A DNA stretch of 16,130 bases from Ignavibacteriales bacterium (GCA_037441705.1 JBBIRR010000063.1:1-16130), one strand, 5' to 3'; positions 7,072 to 16,130 are shown, numbered from the stretch's first letter. Numbers and translations: made by a program. Notes: a model not told the origin generated them from the letters alone.

Positions 7072-8922
7072 CTGTCAACGGCACGCAGAGCAGATATCCG
7101 CAACATTGCCATCATCGCGCACGTGGATCACGGCAAAACGACGCTCGTCGATCACATGCTGCGGCAAACAGGAGCCTTCCGCGCCAACCAGCAGGTTGCC
7201 ACGCGTGTGATGGACTCGAACGATTTGGAGAAGGAACGGGGCATCACCATTCTCGCCAAGAATACCGCCATCAATTACAAAGGAACGAAAATCAATATCG
7301 TGGATACGCCGGGGCATGCCGACTTTGGCGGCGAAGTGGAACGCACGCTGACGATGGTGAACGGCGTTCTGCTGCTGGTGGATGCGGCAGAAGGACCGCT
7401 GCCCGGCACGAAGTTCGTCCTCAAGAAATCGCTCGACCTGAAGCTCACGCCCATCGTCGTCATCAACAAGATCGATCGCAAGGACGCACGCCCGCACGAC
7501 GTGCTGGACATGGTGTTCGAGCTGTTTCTATCGCTCGGCGCATCCGACGACCAGCTTGATTTCCCCACCGTCTACGCCATTGCCAAGCAGGGAATTGCCA
7601 AACGCGAACTGGACGATCCCAGCACAACGCTGGAGCCGCTGTTCGAGACCATTTGCCAAACTGTTCCGCCTCCTGCGGGCGATCTTGCCGCGCCGTTTCA
7701 GATGTTGGTAACGACAATTGATTACAACGACTATCTCGGACGTCTCGGCATCGGACGCATTCACCGCGGCACGATACGACTCGGTTCGCCCATGAAAGTC
7801 ATCCATCGCGACGGCACGATGGAAGACGCCCGCGTTACAAAGGTCTACACCTTCGATGGCCTGAAGCGGATCGAGGTGGCGAGTGCCGGCGCCGGCGATG
7901 TGATTGCGCTGGCAGGCATGGAGGATGTCGATATCGGTGAGACGATCGCCGATGCAGCGGACCCGACACCCCTTCCTTTCGTTGCGATCGAGGAGCCGAC
8001 GCTCTCGATGAACTTTATCGTCAACAACTCCCCGTTTGCAGGGCAGGAGGGAAAGTATGTCACGACACGAACTCTTGCCGAGCGATTGACACGCGAGCTG
8101 CGGTCGAACGTGAGTCTGCGCATCGAGCTTACCGACTCTCCCGACGCATTCAAGGTAAGCGGGCGCGGCGAGTTGCATCTGGCCATCCTCATCGAGAACA
8201 TGCGGCGCGAGGGATACGAACTGCAGGTCTCCCGCCCCGAAGTCATCTTCAAGCGCATTGATGACGTGCCGGCGGAGCCGATCGAGCATGTCATCATCGA
8301 TGTGCCGGAAGAATATGTCGGCGCGGTGATCGAGAATCTCGGCCGAAGGAAAGGAGAAATGAAGAACATGATTCCGGGCAACGGCAACGTGCGCCTGGAG
8401 TTCTACGTGCCGGCACGCGGCCTCATCGGCTTTCGCGGCGAGTTCATGACGCAGACGAAGGGAACGGGCATCCTCCACCACAATTTTGCAGGCTATGAGC
8501 CGTACAAGGGAGAGATGGCGCACAGAACGAAGGGAGCGCTGGTGGCACTGGAGACCGGGGTTGCCACGGCCTATGCGATGTGGAAGCTTGCCGAACGAGC
8601 GACGTTCTTTATCGAGCCGGGCACGCGGGTGTATGCAGGGATGGTTGTCGGTGAGAATGCCCGTGAGCAGGATATGATCGTCAACGTGTGCAAGACGAAG
8701 CAGCTAACCAACATGCGCGCATCGGGAGCGGACGAAGCGATCCGCCTTGCGCCGCCGCGACTGATGACGCTCGAACAGGCCATCGAATGGATCGGCGACG
8801 ATGAGTACGTGGAGGTAACGCCGCAAAGCATTCGCATCCGCAAAAAGTATCTCGACGCCAACGAACGAAATCGCATGGCGAAAAAGAAAACCGACGTGGT
8901 GGCAGCAGACGAAGCGATCTGA
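7072..8922 (+). CDS. typA: Translational GTPase TypA/BipA (probable CTG start)
   Basis: [88 protein letters not shown]. The conserved N-terminus extends upstream of the ORF-track start at 7123 to CTG 7072, which has AGGAG at 7060-7064. Confidence 0.95.
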   Translation: MSTARRADIRNIAIIAHVDHGKTTLVDHMLRQTGAFRANQQVATRVMDSNDLEKERGITILAKNTAINYKGTKINIVDTPGHADFGGEVERTLTMVNGVLLLVDAAEGPLPGTKFVLKKSLDLKLTPIVVINKIDRKDARPHDVLDMVFELFLSLGASDDQLDFPTVYAIAKQGIAKRELDDPSTTLEPLFETICQTVPPPAGDLAAPFQMLVTTIDYNDYLGRLGIGRIHRGTIRLGSPMKVIHRDGTMEDARVTKVYTFDGLKRIEVASAGAGDVIALAGMEDVDIGETIADAADPTPLPFVAIEEPTLSMNFIVNNSPFAGQEGKYVTTRTLAERLTRELRSNVSLRIELTDSPDAFKVSGRGELHLAILIENMRREGYELQVSRPEVIFKRIDDVPAEPIEHVIIDVPEEYVGAVIENLGRRKGEMKNMIPGNGNVRLEFYVPARGLIGFRGEFMTQTKGTGILHHNFAGYEPYKGEMAHRTKGALVALETGVATAYAMWKLAERATFFIEPGTRVYAGMVVGENAREQDMIVNVCKTKQLTNMRASGADEAIRLAPPRLMTLEQAIEWIGDDEYVEVTPQSIRIRKKYLDANERNRMAKKKTDVVAADEAI

Positions 8923-8943
8923 ACGGGCAAGCGAGGGTGATAC

Positions 8944-11124
8944 ATGCGCACAGCATTCAACCATTTTGTAGGAGACATCATCACAGTGGCTACGAAACGC
9001 ATCGGCGAAAAGCAGATCGACGCTACAATCTCGGGTCTGCAAGAACTTGCCTACAATCTCTGGTGGTCGTGGAATCCTTCCGCACAACGTATCTTTCAGG
9101 AGCTCTCCCCCTTCTTCTGGGAACACAGCAACCACAACCCTGTGGAGGTGATGCACTGGGTATCAGGCTCGGAGCTGCGCGGCCGCCTGCAGGACCCTGC
9201 ACTCTACGAGCACGTCAACGATGTCCTCGCCAAGTTTCGGGAGTATATGAGCCGCAAACACACGTGGGCTTCGAAACATGCACAGCAGCTCAAACAGGCA
9301 CCGGTAGCCTACTTCAGCGCGGAGTTTGGCTTGCATGAAAGTCTGCGCATTTATTCGGGAGGTCTCGGCATTCTCTCCGGCGATCACGCCAAGAGCGCAA
9401 GCGACCTCGGTCTGCCTTTCGTTGGCGTAAGCCTGTTCTACCGCCAGGGATACTTCAACCAGCAAATCTCTCAGGATGGATGGCAGCAGGAGTTGTACCC
9501 TTCATACGATCCGATGAAACTGCCGCTCACGCTGGTGCGGGACAAGAAAGGGAATCCCGTGATCAGCGAGATTCACATCGGCGGGACGCCCGTCGCCTTC
9601 CGCGCCTGGGCTGTGCATGTCGGTCGGGTCAAGGTGTATCTGCTGGACACCGATTTGCCGCAGAACGACGACCGCTCGCGTGAGATCACAGCCCATGTCT
9701 ATGGAGGCGATCAGACCACACGCATCGCGCAAGAGATTCTTCTCGGCATCGGCGGGGTTCGACTGTTGCGTGCGCTGGGCATCACGCCTTCGGTATTTCA
9801 CATGAATGAGGGGCACTCCGCTTTTCTCACCCTCGAGCTGCTGCGCGAGCAGCTCAATGCCGGCAAGCCGCTTGAGAAGGCAGAGGCGTACGTCAAGCAG
9901 CACTGCGTCTTCACAACGCACACGCCGGTTCCTGCCGGTCACGACCGCTTCCCGCGCGACCTGATGAACGGCGCGCTGCACAAATTCGTCGAGAGCCTCG
10001 GACTTTCCCTCGACCACGTGATGGGCTACGGACGCATTCGTCCGCAGGACATCAACGAGACATTTTGCATGACGGTGCTTGCGCTGAAAATGTCCCGCGA
10101 CGCCAACGGCGTCAGTCAGTTGCATGGGAAGACCAGCGTTGAAATGTGGCAAGACCTGTACACGGGATGGGATAAGAAGACCGAACCCATTGGTGCCGTG
10201 ACCAACGGCGTGCACATCAACGGCTGGGCGTCACCCACAGCTTCACAATGGTGGAGCAGACAGCTGGGTGAGCGATGGCATGAACGCATCTGCGACGCGC
10301 GATTCTGGGCGAAGATTGTCGATCCCAAGAAAATCTCCGATCAAGACCTCTGGGCGCTGCGCACAATGCTTCGCCGCGAGCTGATCGAGTTTGCACGCAA
10401 GCGACTTCGGGAACAGCATCTTCGCCACGGCGGCGACGGCCTCGGCGTGTACGAGAACGTCCTCTCCCCCGATGTGCTCACGATCGGTTTTGCCCGCCGG
10501 TTTGCCACCTACAAGCGTGCGCCGTTGTTTTTCCGGGACTTGAACTGGGCCATCCGCATGTTAGGCAACAAAGAACGTCCCGTGCAAATCATCTTCGCGG
10601 GCAAGGCACATCCGCGCGACGACGCCGGTAAGCACTTCATTCAAGAAATCGTGAACATGACGAAGCGACTCGACATGTTCGGCAAGGTTGTCTTCATTGA
10701 AAACTACGACATCAACGTTGCGCGCTATCTCGTCTCCGGCGCCGACGTGTGGCTGAACACGCCGCGCCGGCCGATGGAAGCTTGCGGCACCAGCGGCCAG
10801 AAAGTGTTGCTGCACGGCGGAATCAACGTGAGTACGATGGATGGCTGGTGGCGCGAAGCCTACAACGGCAAGAACGGCTGGAAGGTTGGAGAAGATGAAA
10901 CGGCTCCTACCGAACATGAACAGGACGATCGAGACGCCGACGCCCTGCGGCGAGTGCTGGAATATGAAGTCATTCCGCTGTTCTATGATCGGGGAAAAGA
11001 TGGAATTCCGCACGCCTGGCTGAAGCGTGTCCGGCACTCGATTGCAACGCTTGTGCCGGTTTACAATACCGATAGAATGGTCGTCGAGTATACAAAGAAG
11101 TACTACCTGCCAAAGAAGCGATAA
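8944..11124 (+). CDS. glgP: Alpha-glucan (glycogen/maltodextrin) phosphorylase
   Basis: [59 protein letters not shown]-lysine motif EACGTSGQK. Alternative start GTG 8986 after AGGAG at 8970-8974. Confidence 0.95.
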   Translation: MRTAFNHFVGDIITVATKRIGEKQIDATISGLQELAYNLWWSWNPSAQRIFQELSPFFWEHSNHNPVEVMHWVSGSELRGRLQDPALYEHVNDVLAKFREYMSRKHTWASKHAQQLKQAPVAYFSAEFGLHESLRIYSGGLGILSGDHAKSASDLGLPFVGVSLFYRQGYFNQQISQDGWQQELYPSYDPMKLPLTLVRDKKGNPVISEIHIGGTPVAFRAWAVHVGRVKVYLLDTDLPQNDDRSREITAHVYGGDQTTRIAQEILLGIGGVRLLRALGITPSVFHMNEGHSAFLTLELLREQLNAGKPLEKAEAYVKQHCVFTTHTPVPAGHDRFPRDLMNGALHKFVESLGLSLDHVMGYGRIRPQDINETFCMTVLALKMSRDANGVSQLHGKTSVEMWQDLYTGWDKKTEPIGAVTNGVHINGWASPTASQWWSRQLGERWHERICDARFWAKIVDPKKISDQDLWALRTMLRRELIEFARKRLREQHLRHGGDGLGVYENVLSPDVLTIGFARRFATYKRAPLFFRDLNWAIRMLGNKERPVQIIFAGKAHPRDDAGKHFIQEIVNMTKRLDMFGKVVFIENYDINVARYLVSGADVWLNTPRRPMEACGTSGQKVLLHGGINVSTMDGWWREAYNGKNGWKVGEDETAPTEHEQDDRDADALRRVLEYEVIPLFYDRGKDGIPHAWLKRVRHSIATLVPVYNTDRMVVEYTKKYYLPKKR

Positions 11125-11125
11125 C

Positions 11126-11160
11126 AAAAAGCCCGCCGCGGCTTGGCTCCTGCGGCGGGC
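11126..11160 (-). terminator. Intrinsic terminator between convergent glgP and the small protein gene (U-tract on - strand)
   Basis: GCCCGCCGC (11131-11139) pairs with GCGGCGGGC (11152-11160); A5 at 11126-11130 gives a U-tract on the minus strand. Confidence 0.8.
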
Positions 11161-11184
11161 GTCCGGTCTTAATGCGTATGACCG

Positions 11185-11529
11185 TTACTTCTTCTCAGGC
11201 TCTTTCTTGACCTCAACCTGCTTGGCAGCCTTCTTCACCGCCTTCTTGCCTTCGCTCGCTTTCATCTCCGTGGCGTGCATTGCTTCCTTCCCCTCAGCCT
11301 TCTTCACTTCCGGATGATGCGCTGCCTTTTCGGCGGCGTGGTGAACTGTCTCCTTCTTGTGCGCGGCTTCGGTTGCCGTTTGCTCAACGGGTGCCTTCGC
11401 CTCTTCTTTCTTCTTGCTCGCTTCCTGCTTCACTTCAGCGGCTTTCGCTTTCGCATCAACCTTCGGCGCTTCTTGCGCGAAGATGCTCGAAGCAAACAGC
11501 ACGACGATTGCCACGACAAGGTACTTCAT
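11185..11529 (-). CDS. Small secreted low-complexity Lys/Glu/Ala/His-rich protein (114 aa)
   Basis: ATG 11529 with AAGGAG 7 nt upstream; Sec signal MKYLVVAIVVLFASSIFA; mature region is charged and likely disordered; followed by a terminator. Confidence 0.85.
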   Translation of the reverse strand: MKYLVVAIVVLFASSIFAQEAPKVDAKAKAAEVKQEASKKKEEAKAPVEQTATEAAHKKETVHHAAEKAAHHPEVKKAEGKEAMHATEMKASEGKKAVKKAAKQVEVKKEPEKK

Positions 11530-11589
11530 GGAGAATCTCCTTTGAGGTTGTGAGACATACTTTGAACTGCGCTCCATCGAGCGTGCTAT

Positions 11590-11643
11590 AAGTTACGCCG
11601 CAGGAATTAAGACCCACTTAAGTAGGCGTTAAACTCTGTTAAC
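11590..11643 (-). promoter_or_regulatory. Candidate OmpR-family regulated promoter: four phased TTAA half-sites plus a -10 element
   Basis: TTAA at 11607, 11618, 11629, 11639 (11/11/10 bp spacing). Minus strand reads GTTAAC-N4-TTTAAC-N5-CTTAAG-N5-CTTAAT-N10-TAACTT. Confidence 0.65.
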
Positions 11644-11656
11644 TGACACCCAATAG

Positions 11657-11674
11657 GACGTGTTGTCACACGTC
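11657..11674. repeat. 7-bp inverted repeat GACGTGT-TGTC-ACACGTC downstream of the histidine kinase
   Basis: Directly visible. It lacks a good U-tract, so operator versus weak terminator is unresolved. Confidence 0.45.
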
Positions 11675-11718
11675 GCAACGTATTGACGCGCCTGATAGTT
11701 GGGAGTCAGAAGGACAGT

Positions 11719-13200
11719 TCAGTTGAGAGGAAGGCGCACGGTGAACTTGCTGCCCTTGTTCAGCTCACTCTGCACCGAGATGCTGCCGCGGTGAAGCTCC
11801 GCGATCCACTTCGCGATCGAAAGACCGAGGCCGGTGCCGCCCAGTTCTCGCGAACGCGCCTTGTCCACGCGGTAGAAGCGATCGAAAATCTTGTCTAAGT
11901 CCTGCGCAGGGATGCCGATGCCGTTGTCTTCGACCTCAACGAGGGCAGCGCCGTTCTGGCGTTCAACCGAAATCGCAACGTGCCCGCCCTCCGGCGTATA
12001 CTTGATGGCATTATCCACAATGTTGAGGAACAGCTGGCGCAACCGTCCGCGGTCGCCGACAACGGTGACCGGCTCCGCCTTCTTCAATTCCACAGTGATG
12101 TGCTTGGCTTCGGCAAGCACTTCGCTGTCGTCGTACAGATCTTTGATGAGCGAATCGAGCGGGACTTCTTCGAGGTGAAGGTCCAACACGCCCTGGTCCG
12201 CCTTGCCGAGCGTGAGGAGATTGTCGATGATGGATTTCAGACGAACGATCTCCTCAAGGGTGCTGGATAGAACCCTGCGGTACTCTTCGGGGGTTTTGTC
12301 GCTGCGCAGCGCCAGTTCGATTTCGCCGCGCATGATCGTCAGCGGGGTCCGCAATTCGTGCGAGGCATCGGAAGAAAATTGTCGCATCAGAGCGAACGAC
12401 GCGTGCAGGCGCCGGATCATGTCGTTCATCGTATTGATGAGCCGGCCGATTTCATCGTCTACGTTGCGTACGGGGATGGATTGGTCGAGGTTTTCGGCGG
12501 TGATCTTCCGTGCCCGCTGCGTAACCTCGTGCACGGGCGCCAGCGCCTTGTGCGCAAGATACAGGCCGCCCAGCACCGAAAGGGCCACCGCAATCGGAAT
12601 CAAATACAGGAAGATGACGAAAAGGTTCTCCAGCACATCGTCCAGCTCATTCAGCGAATAGGCGACGAGAATGGTGAAGTTCCTGTCACGCAGCATCGCC
12701 GTCCGGAGCCGATCGCTTCCAAGTCGTGTCGTCATCACAATCGTGGAATCGAACGGGAGATCCTCCGGCGTCGTCAGAGTATCCAGGCCGAGACTGTAGT
12801 TGCGGTAGATGACCTGCCCTTTCTTATCCTCCACCTGAATGAACGTCTTCTTCTGGCTGACCAGCGAGTGCTTGAAAATGTGGTTCCAGATTTCGTCCGC
12901 TTCTTCCGCTTCCGGCGAATCGGGAGGCAGAGGGCCGATAAAGCGCTGCGGGAGCGTTGTGGATTTCTTCCGCAGGAGCGCGTCAATGGACTGCTTGCTG
13001 GGTTTGACCTTGCTTGCCTGCGGCGAGATGAAGTCCTTCACCCATCGGACTTCGCTGCGCAGCGAGATGTCGAGATTGTTGGAGAGTTGATTGCGGGTGT
13101 AGAAATACGCCGCCAGCCCGAACGCCACCAGCGTGACGAGCACAAGCAACGTGTACCAGACGGTGAGTTTGGTACGGATGGATTGATACCAGAACGCCAC
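11719..13200 (-). CDS. HAMP-domain sensor histidine kinase (CusS/CzcS-like architecture)
   Basis: Two TM helices flanking an extracytoplasmic domain; HAMP (DDEIGRL); H-box FSSDASHELRTPL; N-box NIVDNAIKYT; DNGIGI, FDRFYRVDKARSR, GTGLGLSI. Confidence 0.93.
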   Translation of the reverse strand: MAFWYQSIRTKLTVWYTLLVLVTLVAFGLAAYFYTRNQLSNNLDISLRSEVRWVKDFISPQASKVKPSKQSIDALLRKKSTTLPQRFIGPLPPDSPEAEEADEIWNHIFKHSLVSQKKTFIQVEDKKGQVIYRNYSLGLDTLTTPEDLPFDSTIVMTTRLGSDRLRTAMLRDRNFTILVAYSLNELDDVLENLFVIFLYLIPIAVALSVLGGLYLAHKALAPVHEVTQRARKITAENLDQSIPVRNVDDEIGRLINTMNDMIRRLHASFALMRQFSSDASHELRTPLTIMRGEIELALRSDKTPEEYRRVLSSTLEEIVRLKSIIDNLLTLGKADQGVLDLHLEEVPLDSLIKDLYDDSEVLAEAKHITVELKKAEPVTVVGDRGRLRQLFLNIVDNAIKYTPEGGHVAISVERQNGAALVEVEDNGIGIPAQDLDKIFDRFYRVDKARSRELGGTGLGLSIAKWIAELHRGSISVQSELNKGSKFTVRLPLN

Positions 13201-13203
13201 GAC

Positions 13204-13911
13204 TCAGCTCTCTTTCATCACGTAGCCGACCCCGCGCACGGTGTGGATCAGCTTCGGTTCGTACCCTTCATCAATCTTGTTGCGGAGATGGTTCACGTAC
13301 ACATCAATGATGTTCGTGCCCGTATCGAAATTGTAGTCCCAGATATGCTCCGAGATGATCGTGCGACTCAACACGCGTCCTTTGTTGCGCATCAGATATT
13401 CGAGCAGCGCATATTCTTTTGCGGTCAGCTCGATGGTCTTGCCGCCGCGTTTGGCTTTGTGCGTTACGGTATCCAATTCGAGATCGGCAACGCGCAGGAT
13501 GATGGATTTTTCCTGAGCGCCGCGCCGCAGCAGCGACCGTACACGGGCAAGCAGTTCCTCGAACGCAAACGGCTTCGTCAGATAATCGTCCGCGCCGCTG
13601 TCGAGGCCCGCAACCTTGTCCTCGGTGGCGCTCTTCGCCGTCAGCATCAGCGTCGGCGTGGTTCTCTTGTTCGCCCGCACAGCCTTGATGAGTTCAAGGC
13701 CGTTGAGCTTCGGCAGCATGACATCGAGAATCAGCAGATCGTAGTTCTCGTTGAGCGCCATGTGCAACCCCTTCTCGCCGTCGTGCGCAACGTCAACGGC
13801 GTAGTGTTCCTCTTCCAATCCCTGCTGGATAAAGCGGGCAACTTTCTTCTCATCTTCAACAAGAAGGATACGCATTGGTGTGGTCTGATCGGGTGATAAA
13901 ACCTCCAGCAC
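13204..13911 (-). CDS. OmpR/PhoB-family response regulator (CusR/CzcR-like)
   Basis: RILLVEDE, ILDVMLP, LTAK, GADDYLTKPF; winged helix LTAKEYALLEYL...WDYNFDTGTNIIDVYVNHLRNKID...HTVRGVGY. GTG 13911 has AGGAG 8 nt upstream; ATG 13875 is an alternative start. Confidence 0.95.
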   Translation of the reverse strand: MLEVLSPDQTTPMRILLVEDEKKVARFIQQGLEEEHYAVDVAHDGEKGLHMALNENYDLLILDVMLPKLNGLELIKAVRANKRTTPTLMLTAKSATEDKVAGLDSGADDYLTKPFAFEELLARVRSLLRRGAQEKSIILRVADLELDTVTHKAKRGGKTIELTAKEYALLEYLMRNKGRVLSRTIISEHIWDYNFDTGTNIIDVYVNHLRNKIDEGYEPKLIHTVRGVGYVMKES

Positions 13912-13939
13912 GATCTTCTCTCCTGGTGAATTCTGTCCA

Positions 13940-13968
13940 AAAGTAATTCAATTTTTCAAGAGTTGCAA
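13940..13968 (-). promoter_or_regulatory. Candidate sigma70-type promoter of the two-component operon
   Basis: Minus strand TTGCAA (13968-13963) - 17 nt - TACTTT (13945-13940). Confidence 0.55.
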
Positions 13969-13990
13969 AGTACGTCACGCCGCCCGCGTG

Positions 13991-14020
13991 TTGGAATCCT
14001 CTCCATTTCTCTCTATATTG
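13991..14020 (+). promoter_or_regulatory. Sigma70-type promoter of the TPAT/TRAP operon
   Basis: TTGGAA (13991-13996) - 17 nt - TATATT (14014-14019); same motif as upstream of typA. Confidence 0.7.
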
Positions 14021-14046
14021 ATGCGGCGAATTTTTCCGAGCATGTC

Positions 14047-14907
14047 ATGATGAGCCGATTTCTTGCATCAAGTGTTGCGGCGCTTGTGTTCAGCGGATGT
14101 ATTCAAACCATCGCCGTCCGTTCCGTGGGGGGAATTGTTGAAGAAGGCTACGACGCGCTGACGGAAGAGTCGGACCTCCAATTTGCCGAGCAGGCGCTGC
14201 CGGGCAATCTCAAGCTGCTGGAAGTGATGTTGAAGAACGATCCGGAAAACAAGCGGCTCTTGAAGCTTTGTGCCGAAGGCTACGCAAGCTACGCCCTCGG
14301 CTTTGTAGAGGACGTTGACGTTGAGCGGGCACGGATGTTTTACCTGCGCGGCAGGGATTATGGCCTGCGGATTCTCGTGCAGAATGAGGAGTTGAAGAAC
14401 GCGCTGAATGGTTCGGTGGATGAGTTGAGGGCAGCCCTCATGAAGAGATCGAAGGACGATGTGCCGGCGGTGTTCTGGACGGCCTTTGCCTGGGGCGGCT
14501 ATCTCAACATCACTCTCACCGATCCCGAGGCCATCGCGGCCATCCCGAAACTCGAAGCGATGATGGACTTCGTGCTCGCTAAGGATTCCGCATTTTATTA
14601 CGGCGGCGCGCATCTGTTCCTCGGCACGCTGTACGGCAGCCGCTCGAGAATCCTTGGAGGCGATCCAGAAAAATCCCGACAGCATTTCGAAGCGGCCCTG
14701 CGCTTGAACGAAGGGAAATTTCTCATGACCCACGTCTATTACGCCCGCTCCTATGCCGTGCAAACGCTGAACGACTCGCTGTTCGTGCAACTGCTGACGC
14801 ACGTCGAGGAGGCGTCGCTCGACATTCTGCCGAGTTTTCGTCTCGGCAATGCGATCGCAAAAAAGAAAGCCCGGCTGTGGCTCGCGAGAAAGGACGAACT
14901 CTTCTGA
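14047..14907 (+). CDS. TRAP transporter TatT component family lipoprotein (Tp0956-like, TPAT system)
   Basis: ATG 14047 or 14050 downstream of the promoter; lipobox VFSG-C; helical TPR-like sequence with AHLFLGTLYGSRSRILGGDPEKSRQHFEAAL; immediately upstream of dctP. Confidence 0.85.
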   Translation: MMSRFLASSVAALVFSGCIQTIAVRSVGGIVEEGYDALTEESDLQFAEQALPGNLKLLEVMLKNDPENKRLLKLCAEGYASYALGFVEDVDVERARMFYLRGRDYGLRILVQNEELKNALNGSVDELRAALMKRSKDDVPAVFWTAFAWGGYLNITLTDPEAIAAIPKLEAMMDFVLAKDSAFYYGGAHLFLGTLYGSRSRILGGDPEKSRQHFEAALRLNEGKFLMTHVYYARSYAVQTLNDSLFVQLLTHVEEASLDILPSFRLGNAIAKKKARLWLARKDELF

Positions 14908-14931
14908 GTGTATTCACATCAAAGCACAATT

Positions 14932-15981
14932 ATGCGAACACGTTTTCTGAGATCAACACGCCTTCTGCTGCTCTTGCTGGCGCAGGTCGGCTTCGCGCAG
15001 CAGTTCACGATCAAATTCGCCTCGCTTGCACCCGAGGGAAGCACGTGGATGAACGTGCTGAAAGAGTACGACGCCGCGATTCGTAAGGAAAGCGGCGGCA
15101 GGCTTGGCTTCAAGATTTACCCGGGCGGCGTGCAGGGTGAGGATCGGGACGTGATTCGCAAGATGCGTCTCGGCCAATTGCACAGCGCCGGTCTGACGGG
15201 TTTCGGCCTTGGCGACATCGCCCCGAAGGTTCGCATCCTCGATTCGCCGTTTCTGTTTCAGCGTTACGAAGAGGTGGACCACATCTACGAAGCGTTTCAC
15301 GACGAGTTCGATCGGGCTTTCCGCGAAAACGGCTACGTTCTTCTGGGCTGGGCCGAAGTGGGCTGGGTGTACCTGCTGACCAACACGCCGGTCCGCACAC
15401 TGGCCGACATGAGCGGCGTGAAAATGTGGATGTGGGAGGGCGACAAGGTTGCCGAGGCGACATTCAAAGCGTTAGGGATCAGCCCGATTCCTCTGTCGGT
15501 GATCGACGTGTTGACCTCGCTGCAAACCGGGCTTATCAACGGCGCGTACACTTCGCCGCTGGCTGCACTGGTGCTGCAGTGGCACACGCGCGTTAAGTAC
15601 ATGATGAATCTCCCACTTGCCGATGCGTCGGGCGCCGTCGTGATCACCAAAAAGAAATTCGACGAGCTGCCGCCGGACCTGCAGGAAATCCTGTTGCGCA
15701 ACGGACGCAAGTACATGCGCGAGCTGACGCTCAAATCCCGCAAGGAAAACGCCGACGCGATCTCCGTCATGAAAAAGTCCGGCATTCAGCTGATTGAAGT
15801 GACGTCGCAGCAAGCCATTCAGGATTATGTTGCTGCCGGCAGGAAAGCGCGCCGATCGCTCGTCGGTACGCTCTATGATCAGGACTTTCTCGACCGCGTC
15901 GAGAAGTCCGTTGCCGATTTCCGTGCAGCCGCAGGGCAGGCGAGTAAATCCGGAGCCGTCCAATCTGGCGAGAAGAAATGA
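14932..15981 (+). CDS. dctP: TRAP transporter substrate-binding protein DctP (TatP-type)
   Basis: Signal peptide followed by IKFASLAPEGSTW, IYPGGVQGED, PFLF, DVLTSLQTGLI, KKKFDELPPDLQ. Confidence 0.9.
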   Translation: MRTRFLRSTRLLLLLLAQVGFAQQFTIKFASLAPEGSTWMNVLKEYDAAIRKESGGRLGFKIYPGGVQGEDRDVIRKMRLGQLHSAGLTGFGLGDIAPKVRILDSPFLFQRYEEVDHIYEAFHDEFDRAFRENGYVLLGWAEVGWVYLLTNTPVRTLADMSGVKMWMWEGDKVAEATFKALGISPIPLSVIDVLTSLQTGLINGAYTSPLAALVLQWHTRVKYMMNLPLADASGAVVITKKKFDELPPDLQEILLRNGRKYMRELTLKSRKENADAISVMKKSGIQLIEVTSQQAIQDYVAAGRKARRSLVGTLYDQDFLDRVEKSVADFRAAAGQASKSGAVQSGEKK

Positions 15982-16130
15982 CGGTTCTCCGTTCGCTCGA
16001 CCGCTTTCTCGTACGCATTGAGACGGCGTTCCTGGTCGTCTTCCTTTCGGTGATGATCCTGCTGGCCTTCTTGCAGGTGATGCTGAGAAATGTTCTCGGG
16101 ATCGGCTTTCTGTGGGCCGATCCGCTCGTG
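15978..16130 (+). CDS. dctQ: TRAP transporter small permease DctQ (3' truncated by window edge; absent from the ORF track)
   Basis: ATGA overlap with the dctP stop; translates MTVLRSLDRFLVRIETAFLVVFLSVMILLAFLQVMLRNVLGIGFLWADPLV, with the DctQ QVxxR...W motif. Confidence 0.85.
   Translation, partial: MTVLRSLDRFLVRIETAFLVVFLSVMILLAFLQVMLRNVLGIGFLWADPLV

Noticed and set aside
7123-7125. GTG start for typA, or typA as a pseudogene
   Set aside because: This start would delete part of the G1 motif. The upstream conserved residues are in frame and the rest of the gene is intact.
6863-7210. 115-aa ORF as a possible typA leader peptide or frameshift partner
   Set aside because: It begins upstream of the predicted promoter and has no protein-like features; no frameshift is needed to explain typA.
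11606-11674. Possible CRISPR or iteron array
   Set aside because: The repeats are only 4-6 bp with 10-11-bp period, and no cas or rep genes are present.
12358-13896. 512-aa plus-strand ORF
   Set aside because: Antisense shadow of the response regulator and kinase genes.
13963-14046. Upstream extension of tatT in the ORF track
   Set aside because: It spans the predicted promoter; the lipoprotein signal begins at ATG 14047/14050.

Overview
Bacterial window with moderately high GC. The T9SS-type sorting domain, PafA-type phosphatase and clear Shine-Dalgarno sites suggest an Ignavibacteria/FCB-like organism (inference). In order: the 3' end of a T9SS-cargo gene; a structured intergenic region; a + strand operon (PafA-type alkaline phosphatase, orphan 10-TM DMT-like protein, divergent GlpT/UhpT-family MFS) converging on a - strand operon (secreted 5'-nucleotidase, NMP-kinase-like P-loop protein); typA/bipA, apparently starting at a CTG codon; alpha-glucan phosphorylase; a small secreted His/Lys/Glu/Ala-rich protein preceded by phased TTAA boxes, downstream of an OmpR-family two-component pair; and a TPAT-type TRAP operon (tatT, dctP, partial dctQ). 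No rRNA, tRNA, CRISPR array or mobile element was seen. The best candidates for undescribed biology are the five-gene organophosphate/nucleotide scavenging cluster, the two-component system with its disordered His-rich target, and the CUG-initiated typA. All family calls come from motif recognition by eye; no database searches were run.
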